This document shows, piece by piece, positions 62,421 through 64,000 of a DNA stretch of 64,000 bases (the first letter of the stretch is position 1; every line of letters begins with the position of its first letter). Made by a program: the position numbers and the translations under genes. Source of the DNA: an uncultured Eubacteriales bacterium (lineage in GTDB: Bacteria > Bacillota > Clostridia > Christensenellales > Aristaeellaceae); assembly GCA_902793605.1 (NCBI GenBank), contig CADBEB010000014.1, positions 3,265-67,264 of the forward strand, read 5' to 3'. Below the pieces are notes generated by a model, which was given only the letters and a program-made list of their open reading frames with translations, did no database searches and had not been told where the DNA came from.

Positions 62421-63983
62421 TTACTTTGCGTATTCCGTGCTTCTCGTCTCGCGGATGACGTTGACCCGGATCTGTCCCGGATACTCCATCTGCTCCTCGA
62501 TCCGCTTGGCGATCTCTTTCGCCAGCACCTTGATGCCGTCGTCGGTCACGTCTTCCGGCTTCACCATGATGCGCACCTCGCGGCCGCTCTGGATCGCATA
62601 GCACTTTTCGACGCCGTCGAAGCTGTTCGCAATCTCTTCCAGCTTCTCCAGCCGCTTGATATAGTTCTCCAGACTCTCGCGGCGGGCGCCGGGCCGGGCG
62701 GCGGAAATCGCGTCTGCGGCCTGCACCAGCACCGCTTCCACGGTCTGGGGTTCCACGTCGTTGTGGTGCGCCATGATGCAGTGCACCACATCGTTGTTCT
62801 CGTGATACTTCCGGGCCAGTTCGGCGCCCAGGGTCACGTGCGTGCCTTCGCTTTCGTGGTCCACGGCCTTGCCGATGTCATGCAGCAGGCCGGCGCGTTT
62901 CGCCAGCTGGACATCCGCGCCCAGCTCCGCGGCCATCAGGCCGGCCAGGTGACTCACTTCGATGCTGTGCTTCAGCACGTTCTGGCCGTAGCTCGTGCGG
63001 TACCGCAGGCGGCCCAGCAGCTTCACCAGTTCGTGGTGGATGCCGTGCTGGTTGGTCTCGAACACGGCGTTCTCGCCGGCTTCGCGGATCTGGTTGTCGA
63101 CCTCCTTGCGTGCCTTCTCGACCATTTCCTCGATGCGGGCGGGATGGATCCGGCCGTCCATGATCAGCTTCTCGACGGCCAGGCGGGCCACTTCGCGGCG
63201 CACCGGGTCGAACGCGGAGACGATCACGGCCTCGGGCGTGTCGTCAATGATCAGGTCCACGCCGGTGGCGGTTTCCAGGGCCCGGATGTTCCGGCCCTCA
63301 CGGCCGATGATCCGGCCCTTCATGTCGTCGTTCGGCAGGGAGATCACGCTGACCGTGCTTTCGGCCACGTGGTCCGCTGCGCATTTCTGGATCGCCAGGG
63401 CAATGATGTTCCTGGCTTTCTTTTCGCCCTCTTCCTTGGCCTGGGTCTCGATCTCCCGCACGGAGGCGGCAGCGTCGTGGAAGGCTTCCTTCTGCACCCG
63501 GTCGATGACGATCTGTTTCGCCTCGTCCCGGGTCAGGCTGGCGATGCGCTCCAGTTCGGTCAGCTGCTTCGCCTTGATCTCGTCCAGTTCGGTTTCTTTC
63601 TTGGTCAGCTCGGCCATCCTGGTGTTCAGGGATTCTTCCCTGGTCTCCAGATTGTCGGCCTTTTTGTCAAGGGTCTCTTCCCGCTGGATCAGGCGGCGTT
63701 CGTTCTTCTGGATCTCGTTGCGGCGTTCCCGCATTTCCTTTTCGTTTTCCGCCCGCTCCCGGTCGTTCTCAGCCTTGGCCTTCAGGATCTCCTCCTTGGC
63801 CTCGAGCACTTTTTCCTTCTTGTAGTCTTCCGCTTTCCGGACCGCGTCGTCATACAGCCGCTTGGCGTACTCTTCTGTCAGGTCGATCTTCTTTTCCGTG
63901 TAGCTCTTCCGGTAGGTATACCCGACGATCCCGCCCAGCAGACAGGCGGCGACCGCGATGATTACGGTAATGATCGGATTCAT
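62421..63983 (-). CDS. rny: ribonuclease Y
   Basis: N-terminal TM helix, long coiled coil, KH domain ([15 protein letters not shown]), HD domain ([12 protein letters not shown]). Confidence 0.95.
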   Translation of the reverse strand: MNPIITVIIAVAACLLGGIVGYTYRKSYTEKKIDLTEEYAKRLYDDAVRKAEDYKKEKVLEAKEEILKAKAENDRERAENEKEMRERRNEIQKNERRLIQREETLDKKADNLETREESLNTRMAELTKKETELDEIKAKQLTELERIASLTRDEAKQIVIDRVQKEAFHDAAASVREIETQAKEEGEKKARNIIALAIQKCAADHVAESTVSVISLPNDDMKGRIIGREGRNIRALETATGVDLIIDDTPEAVIVSAFDPVRREVARLAVEKLIMDGRIHPARIEEMVEKARKEVDNQIREAGENAVFETNQHGIHHELVKLLGRLRYRTSYGQNVLKHSIEVSHLAGLMAAELGADVQLAKRAGLLHDIGKAVDHESEGTHVTLGAELARKYHENNDVVHCIMAHHNDVEPQTVEAVLVQAADAISAARPGARRESLENYIKRLEKLEEIANSFDGVEKCYAIQSGREVRIMVKPEDVTDDGIKVLAKEIAKRIEEQMEYPGQIRVNVIRETRSTEYAK

Positions 63984-64000
63984 GTTTCCCTCCCTTTCTC

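Noticed and set aside
1-64000. Mobile elements, prophage, defence systems, rRNA/tRNA genes
   Set aside because: I found no transposase, integrase, recombinase, restriction-modification, Cas or toxin-antitoxin-like proteins, and no tRNA-like GGTTCGAATCC arms. The window reads as core chromosome apart from the 9.3-19.9 kb region.

Overview
64 kb of high-GC chromosome that looks Firmicutes/Clostridia-like (AGGAGG-type RBSs, 4-nt ATGA gene overlaps, rny, addA-like and liv genes). I support about 47 protein genes, all by eye from motifs, with no searches run. They include glgB (cut by the left edge and absent from the ORF track), a GH2 hydrolase, cstA, a livJHMGF-type branched-chain amino-acid ABC operon, polA, rimO, pgsA, dnaN, recF, an AddA/RecB-like helicase-nuclease, gap, a heterodimeric ABC exporter pair, radA, leuS, a double GT2 glycosyltransferase, an AraC regulator, an acyltransferase-3 operon and rny. 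I saw no rRNA, tRNA, CRISPR, transposase, integrase or phage genes. Most long ORFs in the track that lie antisense to these genes are high-GC shadow frames. Several track ORFs also start too far upstream, and I re-set those starts using RBS or signal-peptide evidence. The most unusual region is 9.3-19.9 kb. (i) A 5-gene operon encodes an ABC exporter with an extra N-terminal domain, an HD hydrolase, a NeuD/PglD-like acyltransferase fused to a carrier-protein domain, a stand-alone adenylating enzyme and a YARHG/SH3 wall protein. (ii) Divergent from it, a secreted helical protein is translationally coupled to an ABC-2 exporter with FHA-like modules. (iii) A convergent mini-locus encodes an 80-aa protein with a textbook double-glycine leader fused to a LysM domain, preceded by an untracked 56-aa membrane ORF. 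Other notable signals are two DnaA-box clusters flanking dnaN-recF-helicase with no dnaA in the window, and a dispersed/tandem GTCAT...GGAGA..TCTCC repeat family at three loci. There are also a perfect 16-bp palindrome before the helicase-nuclease gene and direct-repeat operator-like sites upstream of an SH3 gene.
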